Shown piece after piece: positions 1 through 10,800 of a stretch of 64,000 nucleotides of DNA. The position numbers and the translations under genes are program-made. The stretch spans positions 1-64,000 of the forward strand of contig JBHGAY010000005.1 of the NCBI GenBank assembly GCA_041946735.1, in the 5' to 3' direction. The notes beneath the pieces are model-generated. The model searched no databases, was not told the origin of the DNA, and saw only the letters and a program-made list of their open reading frames with translations. Position 1 is the first letter of the stretch. Each line of letters opens with the position of its first letter. This DNA is from Candidatus Eiseniibacteriota bacterium (GTDB lineage: Bacteria; Eisenbacteria; RBG-16-71-46; CAIMUX01; VGJL01).

Positions 1-162
1 GTCTCGTTGCGTTACACCTGCGCGTTCGTTCACCCGAACGTGCTCAAACGCAATCTCCTGAGCTGTTGTCCTGTAGTGAGGCGATCTTGCGTACCGAACG
101 AAACGAGGTACGCGTTTTGCTATACATTGTTCACCCACTTCCCCGATTCATCGACGTGATGA

Positions 163-330
163 GTCCCGGCGCTCCGCTCGATCGCGAGCGAGCTGGCGCC
201 TCTGCACGAGGGATGGGTCCGCGCCTACGGCCGGGCGCCGCAGCAGATCGTGTGGGAGCTGGGCGTGCGGCCCGGCAAGCCTCCGATGCTGCGCCTGCTC
301 GCCAACCGCATCATCGAGCGCTTCGGCTAG
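163..330 (+). pseudogene. Possible 3' gene remnant (VPALRSIASELAPLHEGWVRAYGRAPQQIVWELGVRPGKPPMLRLLANRIIERFG*) lacking a 5' part
   Basis: Open frame with GC3-rich codons typical of this genome, ending TAG 328-330. Preceded by in-frame TGA TGA (157-162) and a more AT-rich segment 1-160. Confidence 0.35.
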
Positions 331-593
331 CGCATCGCTGTCGAGCAGGGCAACTGAGCGGCACCGGATCGCGCGTCCTGCGTCCGGCGAGCGCCCGCGG
401 CCGAAGCCGTTCGGACGGCAGGCCGATCGCAGGGGCGGATGTGGACGGCCCCCTTCCTGGATCCCCCCCGCCCCCTGGTGTACGATCGCTGCTTGTTGCG
501 CCCTGCGCATGGCGCCCTGCCTGGCTGCGTGGCGCCCTGCCCCCCGGGTTGCGCGGCGGCGCTTCCGAGTCCGTTCGCAAGGAGGAGATGTCC

Positions 594-3500
594 ATGACCG
601 CGGATCGAGGAGACCGAGGCTACTACCGCCATCCGACCATTCACGGCGACCGCATCGCCTTCGTCAGCGAGGACGATCTATGGACCGTCCCAGCCGACGG
701 AGGGGTCGCGCGCCGCCTCACGACGACCCCCGGCGCCGTCGCCTTCCCGTACTACTCGCCCGACGGCACGCGCCTCGCCTGCACGGCGCGCGAGGAGGGG
801 CATGCCGAAGTCTACGTGATGGACGCCGACGGCGGCCCGCCACGGCGCATCACCTGGCTCGGGAGCGGCACGGTCACGCAGGTCGTCGGGTGGTCCCCGG
901 ACGGAACCGAGGTTCTCTTCTCGAGCGACTGGAAGCAGCGGCAGCCGGGATTCGGCCACCTCTTCGCCGTCCGCGCCGACGGCGGCGCCCCGCGCGCGCT
1001 GCGCAACGGTCCCGCCCGCGCGGTCTCCTTCCAGCCGGGCGGGCCCGGCGTCGTGATCGGCCGCAACTCGGGCGACCCGGCGCGCTGGAAGCGCTACCGC
1101 GGCGGCACGGCCGGCACCCTCTGGATCGACCGCGCCGGCGACGGCTCCTACACGCAGCTCGTCCGCCTCGAGGGGAACGTTGCCACGCCCATGTGGATCG
1201 GCGGGCGGATCTTCTTCCTCTCCGATCACGAGGGGATCGGCAACCTTTACTCCTGTACGCCGACCGGGCGGGACATCCGCCGGCACACGAGCCATGGCGA
1301 CTACTACGTGCGCTTCCCGTCGACCGACGGGCAGCGGATCGTCTATCACGCGGGCGCCGACATCTTTTTCTTCGACGTCGCGAGCGGGCGCGAGCAGGCG
1401 GTCTCCATCCGGCTCCTCTCCTCGCGCGCGCAGCGCAGCCGCAAGTTCGTCCCGGCGGGGCGCTATCTCGAGGGGTTCGATCTCCACCCGAAGGGGCACT
1501 CGATCGCGTCGGTCCACCGCGGGCGCGTGTACACGATGCCGCTCTGGGAAGGCGCGGCGACGCGCCGCGACAAGAACGACGGCGCGCGCCACCGTCTCGC
1601 CCGCTGGATGCCCGACGGCAAGCGGCTCGTCACGACCACCGACGAGGCGGGCGAGGAAGCTCTCCTCATCCTCTCCGCCAACGGAGAGGCGGCGCCGCGG
1701 AGGATCGACGGCGACTTCGGCCGGCTCGTCGATCTGCGGGTCGCGCCGGCCGGGCCGGATCGCGTCGCGCTGACGAACCAGCGGCAGGAGGTGATCGTCG
1801 TCGATCTCGCGAGCGGGCGCTCGAAGCGGATCGAGCGGAGCGAGTACAACCGGATCGAGGGGCTTGCCTGGTCGCCCGACGGCCGGTGGCTCGCCTACGG
1901 CTTCGCCGACACGCGACGCACGATGGGGATCCATCTCTGGGACGCTTCGACCGGCAAGGTGGCGGCGGCGACCCGGAGCGACTTCCGCGATTACCGTCCC
2001 TCGTTCGATCCCGAAGGGAAGTACCTCTATTTCCTCTCCGACCGCGTGTTCGACCCGGTGGCCGACAGCCAGTACTTCGACTACGGCTTCCCGAAGGGTG
2101 TGCTGCCGATGCTCCTTCCGCTCCGGAAGGACCTGGTTTCCCCCTTCTCGCCGGCGACGCGCGAGCCGCGCGCGCCCGGCGCGCCGAACGGTCCGAAGAA
2201 GGAGGCGGCAGCGGAAGGGCCGCAGAGGGAGGGCGGCGAGGCGAAGAAGCAGCAGCCGCCGGTCGCGGTGACGATCGACCTCGAGGGGATCGAGGATCGC
2301 GCCGTCGCGTTCCCCGTCCCGGAAGCGCGCTACGGGCGGATCGCCGGCGTCGCCGGCAGTCGCGTCCTCTTCTCTTCGTATCCGGTCGAGGGGACGCTCG
2401 GCCAGACTTGGGCCGAGATGGGGGAGCCGCCCGCGAAGGGACGCCTCGAGGCGTACGACATCGAGCAGGCGAAGACCGAGTTGGTGCAGGAGCGGATCAC
2501 CGACTTCCATGTCTCGATGGAAGGCAAGACGATCGGAGTGCGCGCCGGCAACCGCGTGCGCGTTCTGCCGTCCTCCCACAAGGATCAGAAGCTCGAGAAC
2601 GAGGCGCCGGGGCGCGAGTCGGGCTGGCTCGACATCGATCGGATCCGCGTGTCGGTCGTCCCGCAGCTCGAGTGGCGGCAGATGTTCCGCGAGGCGTGGA
2701 GGCTGCAGCGCGACCAGTTCTGGACTCCCGACATGTCGGGGATCGACTGGAAGAAGGTCCATGACCGCTACGCCCCGCTCGTCGACCGCGTCGCGAGCCG
2801 CGCGGAGTTCTCCGATCTGATGTGGGAGATGCAGGGGGAGCTGGGGACCTCGCACTGCTACGAGCTGGGCGGCGACTACCGTCCCGAGCCGGCGTGGCAC
2901 CAGGGATTCCTCGGCGCCGACCTCGAGCTGGATCCGAAGAGCGGCGCGTGGCGGATCGCGCGGATCCCGCGCGGGGACACGTGGGACGAGAAGCGCCGTT
3001 CGCCGCTCGCCGCTCCCGGGCTCGGCATCCGCGAAGGGGACGAGATCGTGGAGGTCGCCGGCCAGCGGGTCGGCCGCGACGTGTCGCCGTACGAGCGGCT
3101 CATCCACCTCGCGCAGCAGGACGTGCAGCTGACGATCCGCTCGGGCGCGGTCCCCGGCGCCGGCGCGGGGAAGAAGGGGGCGGGGGCGCAGGCGCGGGCC
3201 GTCGTCGTCCGCACGCTCCGCACCGAGTACGAGCTTCGTTACCGCGACTGGGTCGAGGGGAACCGCGCGTGGGTCCACCAGGCGAGCGGCGGGAAGGTCG
3301 GCTACCTGCACGTTCCCGACATGGGATCGAGAGGGTTCTCCGAGTTCCATCGCTACTTCGCCGCCGAAGTAGACTATCCGGGATTGATCATCGACGTCCG
3401 CTGGAACGGCGGCGGAAATGTCTCCCAGCTCCTGCTCGGCAAGCTCCTGCGCCGGCGGGTCGGCTACGACGCGAACCGCTGGGCGAAGCCGGAGCCGTAT

Positions 3501-3938
3501 CCGAGCGACTCGCCGGTCGGGCCGATGGTCGCGCTCACGAACGAGTACGCCGGCAGCGACGGCGACATCTTCAGCCACTGCTTCAAGCTCTACGGGCTCG
3601 GGCCGCTGATCGGCAAGCGGACCTGGGGAGGCGTCGTCGGGATCTGGCCGCGGCACGCGCTCGTCGACGGGACGGTCACGACGCAGCCGGAGTTCGCCTT
3701 CTGGTTCGAGGACGTGGGCTGGAAGGTCGAGAACTACGGCACCGACCCGGACATCGAAGTCGACATCCGGCCGCAGGATTACGCGGCGGGCGTCGATCCG
3801 CAGCTCCAGCGCGGTCTGACCGAGGTGCAGAAGCGGATCCGCAAGCAGGGGATGCTGGAGCCCGATCTGGAGCACCGTCCGAGCCTCAAGTTCGAGGGGC
3901 TGCCGGGCCGCCGCGACACCGAGAAGCGCTCGGCATGA
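594..3938 (+). CDS. Tricorn protease (S41 family; beta-propellers, PDZ, catalytic domain)
   Basis: Motifs FVSEDDLW, WKRYRGGTAG, GYLHVPDM, IIDVRWNGGG, AGSDGDIF (catalytic Ser), IGKRTWGGVVG. RBS AAGGAGGAG at 579-587 supports ATG 594 rather than the ORF-track start at 66. Confidence 0.93.
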   Translation: MTADRGDRGYYRHPTIHGDRIAFVSEDDLWTVPADGGVARRLTTTPGAVAFPYYSPDGTRLACTAREEGHAEVYVMDADGGPPRRITWLGSGTVTQVVGWSPDGTEVLFSSDWKQRQPGFGHLFAVRADGGAPRALRNGPARAVSFQPGGPGVVIGRNSGDPARWKRYRGGTAGTLWIDRAGDGSYTQLVRLEGNVATPMWIGGRIFFLSDHEGIGNLYSCTPTGRDIRRHTSHGDYYVRFPSTDGQRIVYHAGADIFFFDVASGREQAVSIRLLSSRAQRSRKFVPAGRYLEGFDLHPKGHSIASVHRGRVYTMPLWEGAATRRDKNDGARHRLARWMPDGKRLVTTTDEAGEEALLILSANGEAAPRRIDGDFGRLVDLRVAPAGPDRVALTNQRQEVIVVDLASGRSKRIERSEYNRIEGLAWSPDGRWLAYGFADTRRTMGIHLWDASTGKVAAATRSDFRDYRPSFDPEGKYLYFLSDRVFDPVADSQYFDYGFPKGVLPMLLPLRKDLVSPFSPATREPRAPGAPNGPKKEAAAEGPQREGGEAKKQQPPVAVTIDLEGIEDRAVAFPVPEARYGRIAGVAGSRVLFSSYPVEGTLGQTWAEMGEPPAKGRLEAYDIEQAKTELVQERITDFHVSMEGKTIGVRAGNRVRVLPSSHKDQKLENEAPGRESGWLDIDRIRVSVVPQLEWRQMFREAWRLQRDQFWTPDMSGIDWKKVHDRYAPLVDRVASRAEFSDLMWEMQGELGTSHCYELGGDYRPEPAWHQGFLGADLELDPKSGAWRIARIPRGDTWDEKRRSPLAAPGLGIREGDEIVEVAGQRVGRDVSPYERLIHLAQQDVQLTIRSGAVPGAGAGKKGAGAQARAVVVRTLRTEYELRYRDWVEGNRAWVHQASGGKVGYLHVPDMGSRGFSEFHRYFAAEVDYPGLIIDVRWNGGGNVSQLLLGKLLRRRVGYDANRWAKPEPYPSDSPVGPMVALTNEYAGSDGDIFSHCFKLYGLGPLIGKRTWGGVVGIWPRHALVDGTVTTQPEFAFWFEDVGWKVENYGTDPDIEVDIRPQDYAAGVDPQLQRGLTEVQKRIRKQGMLEPDLEHRPSLKFEGLPGRRDTEKRSA

Positions 3939-3979
3939 TCAGGGGAGAAATCGAGAAGGGGCAACAGGAGGGAGATGCG

Positions 3980-4954
3980 ATGAAGAGCAGCAAGCGATTC
4001 CCGATCCTCCGCGCGTTGGCGCTCGGGACTCTCCTTCTCGTCGCGAGCGTGGCCGCGGCGGCGGGGCAAGGGGTCGTCTGGCGGGCGATGACGATCGACC
4101 AGGCGGTCGCCGAAGCGTCGTCCAGCGGGAAGATGGTCCTGGTCGACGTCTTCTCCGATCACTGCGGGCAGTGCGGCGTGATGGATCAGGAGTTCTGGAA
4201 CACCCCGGCGGGGGCGGACTACGCGGACGGGATGATTCCGCTGAAGATCGACAGCGCGACGCCGGACGGCTACCAGTTCCAGATCCGCTACGGCGTGACG
4301 GGTCTGCCGACCACGATCCTCATCCGGCCCGACGGGCAGGAGCTGGATCGGGTCGTCGGGTACGACGGTGTGCAGGAGTTCCTGACCGAAGCGGGGCCGA
4401 TGAAGGACGGAGTCGATTCGCTCCCGGTCCTCGAGGAGCAGATGGCGAAGAGTCCGCAGTCGGCGGACGCGATCCTCGCCGTCATGGAGCGCTACCTCTT
4501 CCGCAAGCGGCTCGCCGACGCGCAGTCCCTGTCGGAGAAGGTGCTCGCGCTGGATCCCGACAACAAGGGGAAGAAGGCCGAGAAGGCGCTGATGTGGCTC
4601 GCGAAGTACATGGAGTTCGTCGACGCCAATCCGGCGGCGAGCTACGAGTACTGGAAGACGATGCTCGACAAGTACCCGACCGCGACCGCGGCGGGCTCCG
4701 CGGTCGACCACACCTGCAAGCAGTCGGCGACGTTGGGCCGGCGCGCGGAATGGATCGAATGGATCGCCGGGATCCTGGAGAAGCAGCCGCAGAACGGGCG
4801 GCTGCAGTACGCCGCTGCGATCTCGGCCGACCGGGCGGGAATCCGTGACATCCGCTTCGCGAAGGCGGCGCGCACCGCGCGCTCGCTCGGAGTCGGGTCG
4901 GCCCTGATGGATTCGCTCGCCGTCCGCATGGAGAAGGGGGCGGCAGGGAAGTAG
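3980..4954 (+). CDS. Exported thioredoxin-fold protein (CGQC) with C-terminal helical TPR-like region
   Basis: Signal peptide MKSSKRF..ALALGTLLLVASVAAA; GKMVLVDVFSDHCGQC; YGVTGLPT cis-Pro loop; RBS GGAGGGAG. Confidence 0.8.
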   Translation: MKSSKRFPILRALALGTLLLVASVAAAAGQGVVWRAMTIDQAVAEASSSGKMVLVDVFSDHCGQCGVMDQEFWNTPAGADYADGMIPLKIDSATPDGYQFQIRYGVTGLPTTILIRPDGQELDRVVGYDGVQEFLTEAGPMKDGVDSLPVLEEQMAKSPQSADAILAVMERYLFRKRLADAQSLSEKVLALDPDNKGKKAEKALMWLAKYMEFVDANPAASYEYWKTMLDKYPTATAAGSAVDHTCKQSATLGRRAEWIEWIAGILEKQPQNGRLQYAAAISADRAGIRDIRFAKAARTARSLGVGSALMDSLAVRMEKGAAGK

Positions 4955-4984
4955 GGCGGCGGGGAAGTAGGGCGGCGGGGAAGT
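4938..4984. repeat. About 3 copies of a 16-bp tandem repeat (GGGCGGCRGGGAAGTA) spanning the stop codon
   Basis: Read directly from the sequence. Confidence 0.8.
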
Positions 4985-5030
4985 GCCGCGGCGGCCGTCG
5001 TAACGGGCGAAGGGCGCGGTTGGGGGGCGG

Positions 5031-6692
5031 ATGGGTCTCTACGAACTGTTTTCCACGTCGGCGCCGGCGCTCTTGTTCACCGTCGTCGGGCTGGGGTACT
5101 TCCTCGGCAACATCAAGATCGGCGGCTTCAGCCTCGGCATCGCCGCGGTCCTCTTCGTCGGCCTGATCTTCGGCGCGATCGATCCGGTGGCATTCGTCGT
5201 CCCCGAGGTGATCTACGTCCTCGGATTGATCCTGTTCGTCTACACGGTCGGCCTCACCTCCGGCCCGATCTTCTTCAACCTCTTCCGGCGTCAATGGCTC
5301 GGACTGACCGCGATCGCGCTCGTCGCCACCGCCGGCGCGGCGATCGTCGACCTCGTGGTCGCGCGGCTCTTCGGAATCGGAGCGCCGGTCGCGTCGGGGA
5401 TCTTCTGCGGGAGCCTGACGAACACTCCCGCGCTCGCCGCCGCCGTGGAGACGCTGCGCGCGAAGCTCACCGGAACGGTCGTCGATCCGGAGCAGTTCCG
5501 CATGCTCACCGACGGCCCGACGGTCGGCTACTCGATCGCCTATCCGTTCGGCGTGCTGGGGCTGATCCTCGCGATGCAGATCTCGACCCGCATCTCCCGC
5601 GTCGACTTCAGACAAGAGCACGAGCGGTCGATGAAGGTGAGCGGCATCGACCTCGCCGACCTGAAGACCCGTGAGATCCGCGTCACCAATCCGCAGCTGA
5701 TCGGCAAGAGCTTCGGAAGCGCGATGCTCACCGACCTGACCGGGATGGTCTTCACGAGGAGGATGCGCGACGACGGAGAGGTCGATCTCGTCGTCCCGGA
5801 CATGCGGCTGGAGGAAGGGGACGTCCTGGTCGGCGTCGGGACGGCGGAGGCGGTCGGCAAGGCGGAGCTTCTGATCGGACCGCTCGTCCAGGAATCGGTC
5901 GAACAGATGTCGCCGAACATCGAGTACCGGGACCTGGTCGTGATCAATCGGCAGGCGGCGGGCAAAGCGATTCAGGATCTTGCGAAGACGGTCGGACATC
6001 CGGTGATCGTGAGCCGCATCCGCCGCGGCGGCGTGCACATCACGCCGCACCCGGGCACGACGCTCGAGCTGGGGGACCAGATCCGGATCGTCGGGCATCA
6101 CGAGGATCTCGAGCGGGCGACGGCGATCGTCGGCAACCCGCTGAAGGACATCTCCGAGGCGGACTTCCTCTCCTTCAGTCTCGGGCTGGTGCTCGGCGTG
6201 CTGGTCGGGATGCTGCCGATCCCGTTCTTCGGCGGTCGGATCCTGCACCTCGGGTTCGCCGGCGGGCCGCTCGTCATGGGGCTCATCCTCGGGCGCGCCG
6301 GTCGCACCGGCCCGATCGTCTGGACGATGCCGGCGAACGCCAGCTTGACGCTGCGGCAGCTCGGAATCCTGTTCTTCCTCGCCGGCGTCGGCACCCGCGC
6401 GGGAGGGAGCTTCGTCCACACGATGACGACCCAGGGGGCCGAGCTCCTCGTGATGGGGGCCGCCGTCACGGTCGCTTCGATCGTGCTCGTCATCCTCTTC
6501 TGCAAGAGGGTGCTCCACTACGACATGATCTCGACCTACGGAATCCTCTCGGGCGTGCACACGCAACCGGCCGCACTCGCGTTCGCAAGCTCGCACACCG
6601 GGAGCGAGAACGCGAACATCTCCTACGCCGCCGTCTATCCGGTCGCGCTGATCGCGAAGATCATCCTCGCGCAGATCCTGGTCGCGCTCTGA
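5031..6692 (+). CDS. AspT/YidE/YbjL family transporter with two TrkA-C domains
   Basis: GLILFVYTVGL, GSLTNTPALAAA, GYSIAYPFGV, AGGPLVMGLILG, GVHTQPAALA; duplicated membrane domains around a soluble TrkA-C pair. Confidence 0.9.
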   Translation: MGLYELFSTSAPALLFTVVGLGYFLGNIKIGGFSLGIAAVLFVGLIFGAIDPVAFVVPEVIYVLGLILFVYTVGLTSGPIFFNLFRRQWLGLTAIALVATAGAAIVDLVVARLFGIGAPVASGIFCGSLTNTPALAAAVETLRAKLTGTVVDPEQFRMLTDGPTVGYSIAYPFGVLGLILAMQISTRISRVDFRQEHERSMKVSGIDLADLKTREIRVTNPQLIGKSFGSAMLTDLTGMVFTRRMRDDGEVDLVVPDMRLEEGDVLVGVGTAEAVGKAELLIGPLVQESVEQMSPNIEYRDLVVINRQAAGKAIQDLAKTVGHPVIVSRIRRGGVHITPHPGTTLELGDQIRIVGHHEDLERATAIVGNPLKDISEADFLSFSLGLVLGVLVGMLPIPFFGGRILHLGFAGGPLVMGLILGRAGRTGPIVWTMPANASLTLRQLGILFFLAGVGTRAGGSFVHTMTTQGAELLVMGAAVTVASIVLVILFCKRVLHYDMISTYGILSGVHTQPAALAFASSHTGSENANISYAAVYPVALIAKIILAQILVAL

Positions 6693-6846
6693 CGCGCTCG
6701 CTCTGAGCGATCGCCCGCGCGCGGCGCCATCCTGTACCGTCGACGAGAAGACGGGGTCGAGCGCGGCCCACCGCGAGCGCGCGCCACCGCGAGCGCGGCC
6801 GCACGGCGCTCCCCGCGTGACGGCCCCGACAGGGAGTGAGCGCGCG

Positions 6847-7746
6847 ATGGCGAGCGATCGACCGGAACCGCCCGATCACGAAGTCCTGCGGCAGAGCCGG
6901 CAGCAGCGATGGGAGCTGCTCGTCCAGCTCAAGGAGCTCCTGGACCGGCCGATGATCGTTCTCTCGCTCGTCTGGGTCGTGCTGTTGATCCTCGACCTGA
7001 CGCGCGGCCTCGGCCCCACGCTGGCGACCCTGAACTACGTGATCTGGGGCCTCTTCGTCCTGCAGTTCCTCGTGGAGTTCGTGATCGCGCCGGAGAAGGG
7101 GCGCTATCTGCGCTCGAGCTGGCTGACGGCGGTCTCGCTCGCGATCCCGGCGCTGCGCGTCGTGCGGGTCTTCGGCGCGCTGCGCTTCCTGCGGGCCGGG
7201 CGGGCCGTGCGCTCCTTGCGGCTGCTGCGCGTTCTCACGTCGCTCAACCGGGGAATGTTGGCCGTGCGGGATTCGCTCGCGCGGCGCGGCGTCGGCTACG
7301 TCGCGATCCTGACGGCCGTCGTCGCACTCGCGGGCGCCGCCGGGATGCAGCAGTTCGAGAGCCCGCAGGCGCTGCGCAACGCTGGGATCCCGGTCGAGAG
7401 TCCCGACGAAGGGCTGCGAAGCTACCTCGACGCGCTCTGGTGGACCGCGATGATCCTCACGACGATGGGCTCTGCCTACTGGCCGGAGACTCCGGAGGGA
7501 CGGATCCTCGGCTTTCTCCTCTCCCTCTATGCGCTCGCCGTGCTCGGGTACGTGACCGGCGCCCTCGCCTCTTTCTTCATCGGGATGGACGCGAACGCCG
7601 CCGCCCAACAGGCTCGGGCGAAGGAGCCGGGACCCGGCGAGCCGCCCGACCGCGAGCTGCTCGACCGGCTCGCGCGGATCGAGGAGCGGCTCGCCTCCCT
7701 CGCCCCGGCGCCGCCCGCTTCGCCTCCTCCGGAAAAGAAGGAGTAG
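6847..7746 (+). CDS. Voltage-gated-type ion channel (K+ channel superfamily) with non-canonical filter
   Basis: Arg-periodic S4 (LRVVRVFGALRFLRAGRAVRSLRLLR); pore helix DALWWTAMILTTMGSAYWPETPEGR; inner helix follows. Confidence 0.85.
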   Translation: MASDRPEPPDHEVLRQSRQQRWELLVQLKELLDRPMIVLSLVWVVLLILDLTRGLGPTLATLNYVIWGLFVLQFLVEFVIAPEKGRYLRSSWLTAVSLAIPALRVVRVFGALRFLRAGRAVRSLRLLRVLTSLNRGMLAVRDSLARRGVGYVAILTAVVALAGAAGMQQFESPQALRNAGIPVESPDEGLRSYLDALWWTAMILTTMGSAYWPETPEGRILGFLLSLYALAVLGYVTGALASFFIGMDANAAAQQARAKEPGPGEPPDRELLDRLARIEERLASLAPAPPASPPPEKKE

Positions 7747-7759
7747 GACGCCAAGACCA

Positions 7760-7798
7760 CCGGCTCCGGCTCCGACTCCGGCTCCGGCTCCGACTCCG
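7760..7798. repeat. Intergenic 6-bp tandem repeat (CCGRCT)x6
   Basis: ccggct ccggct ccgact ccggct ccggct ccgact read directly. Confidence 0.85.
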
Positions 7799-7891
7799 CC
7801 CGTGCGCTTTTGCCCCCCTCGCGTGTTTCCCACCCGACACCACGGGACCGCAAGCGACGACGACCCATGGCAGGAGGATCCGGAGGGAACC

Positions 7892-10800
7892 ATGCGAAGC
7901 ATCGGATATCGGCCGAAGATCGGCATAAGATCGGCGCTCGTCGTCCTCGCGCTATGCGAGGGCATGTTCGGAGGAGTTTCGTCCGTCTCGGCCGTGCAGC
8001 CGCGCCACGATGACCCGAGAGAGATCGGTGCCGGTGCGCCGTCATCGATCGACCCGACCTGGTGGGGCGAAGCGCGGTCACAGATCCGCGCGGCTGAGTA
8101 CCTGGCGTCTTCGAGCGAGCAGGGCCTGCAGGCTCCGAACCGCGCGAAAGGAATGCGGACCGTGTTCGGCGAACAGGGAATCCGCGTCTTCCCCCGCGTA
8201 GGCGGCGCGGATCCGGGTGCGGAGGCGGAAGCGGCGCCGGAAGCGCCGTTCGCATGGCGAACGTCGCGCTGGGGACGGTGGGGCCGGCTCTCGGAAGTGA
8301 TTCCGGAGCAGGTCGGTCCCCGCGCCGCCGGAGCGCGCGTCCTCTTCCGTTACGAGGGCTTCGACGAGTGGTACGAGAACGGCCCGGCCGGTCTGGAGCA
8401 AGGCTTCACGGTGCACGAGCGGCCGGAAGGCGAAGGCGTCCTCGTCGTGCTCGGCCGGATGGGAGGCGAGTTGCGCCCGCAGTGGAGTGCCGGGGATGGC
8501 GCCGTCTCGTTCCTCGACGGAGACGGCAACGAAGTCCTCCATTACGGTGGGCTCCACGCGTGGGATGCCTCCGGCCGCGAGCTGGAGTCGCGCCTCGAGC
8601 TTGCCGGCGACGAGATCGCGATCGTCGTCGGCGACGACGAGGCGGACTATCCGGTGACGATCGATCCGCTCCTCGACTCGCCGGCATGGCAGGTGGAGGG
8701 AGAGCAGGCGGCCGCGCAGTTCGGCTTCCAGTGCGCCACCGCCGGCGACGTCAACGGCGACGGCTACTCCGACGTCGTGGTGAGCTCTCCGTACTTCGAT
8801 GCCGGCGAGGAGCGGGAGGGACGGATCTTCCTCTTCCTCGGCTCGCCGGACGGCCTCGCGACGATACCGTCATGGACTGCCGAGTCGAACCAGATCGCCG
8901 CCGAGCTGGGTCAGACCCTGGGGACCGCCGGCGACGTGAACGGGGACGGCTACGATGACATCGTCGCCGGCACTTGGCTCTACGACGACGGGAACAACGA
9001 TACGGTCGGAGCGGTCTTCCTCTACCTCGGGTCGCCCTCCGGTCCCGGCGCTTCCCCCGACTGGACTGCGCTGGGAAGCGACGACGGCGCCGCCCTCGGG
9101 CTGTCGCTCTCGACGGCCGGCGACGTCAATGCGGACGGCTTCTCCGACCTCGTGGTCGGCGCCCTCCACTACGGCGGCCAGAACCTCGGTTTCGCCCTCG
9201 TCTATCACGGATCCGCTTCGGGTCTCGGCGCGACGCCCGCGTGGGTCAAGACGATCACGAACCCGGGCGACGGCGTCTTCGGGTTCTCGGTCTCGACGGC
9301 CGGCGACGTCAACGGCGACGGCTACGGCGACGTGATCGTCGGATCCTGCGCCTACGGCGACGTCGTTGGCTCGGCGTACGTCTTTTGCGGATCTCCGACC
9401 GGGCTCTACACCGTCCACGCGTGGAGCACGCACTCGCCACAGGACCTGGCCAACTACGGCTTCGCGGTCGCAACGGCGGGAGACGTCAATGGGGACGGCT
9501 ACTCGGACGTGATGGTCGGCGCGGATCACTTCGACAACTTCGACGACGACGAAGGGCGCGTGTTCGTCTACTACGGCTCCGCCGACGGACTCGCCACCAG
9601 CGTCTCCTGGTGGGTGGACGGGGAGCAGGCCGGAGCGCAGTACGGCTCGGCGCTTTCGTCGGCCGGGGACGTCAACGGCGACGGCTACGCGGACATCCTG
9701 ATCGGCGCGATGCGCTACGACGCGGGAGGAACCGACACGGGGCGTGCCGTCCTGTACCTGGGATCGCACGCCGGTCTCGAAGGATCGCCCGCCTGGACGA
9801 CCGACGGGGCGCACGCGCAGGAGTATCTCGGTCACTGCGTGGCAACGGCCGGCGACGCCAACGGAGACGGCTTCTCCGACATCCTCGTCGGATCGATCGG
9901 ATACGACGGTTCGACCGGACGCGCTCAGGGGTTCTACGGCGGTCCTCGCGGATTGTCGACGGCGGCCTCCTGGATCGGCGAGTCGAACCAGACGAGCGCC
10001 GGGTTCGGCAACGCGGTCGCGAGCGCCGGCGATGTGAACGGGGACGGCTACAGCGACATCGTCGTCGCCGCCTCGGGTTTCGACAGCGGGCAGACCGACG
10101 AAGGGAAGGCGTTCGGCTACTACGGCAGCTACCTCGGCCTCCCCTTCAACGCCAACTGGGCGACCGAGTCGAACCAGGCGAACGCCTGGCTCGGATATCG
10201 CAAGGGGATCGCATCCGCGGGCGACGTAAACGGCGACGGCTATGACGACGTCATCGCCGGCGCGCCCCTTTACGACAGCGCGGGCGAGAACGAGGGTCGC
10301 GCCTGGGTCTACCATGGCTCTCCGGCCGGCCTGTTCCTCGCTGCCGCGTGGACTACCGCCCCCAACCTGGCGAACGCCGCCTTCGGCGTGTCCGTCGCGT
10401 CGGCGGGCGACGTGAACGGCGATGGCTACGCCGACGTGATCGTCGGCGCCGATCCGTCCTTCCTGAACGGGACCGGGACGGGGCGCGCCTTCGTCTTCCA
10501 CGGCTCGCAAGACGGGCTCGGCTCCTCGCCCGCCTGGACCGTCGAGTCCGACCAGGACGGATCGGGCTTCGGCGCGTGCGTCGCCTCCGCGGGGGACGTC
10601 AACGGGGACGGCTACTCCGACGTGATCGTGGGCGCGCCGCGCTTCAACGGCGTGGCGAACGACGGCGGGCGCGCCTTCGTCTACCTCGGCGGGCCGGGCG
10701 GGCTCGCGACGACCCCGGCCTGGTCGGACGGCCTCGACCAGGACGCCGCGTACTTCGGCTGCTCGGTCGCGAGCGCCGGGGACGTGAACGGGGACGGATT

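Noticed and set aside
66..593. Long N-terminal extensions in the ORF track (tricorn from 66; likewise starts at 23448, 27178, 47519, 36451)
   Set aside because: Low-complexity, motif-free sequence; internal starts have a clear RBS and begin at the family N-terminus or signal peptide.
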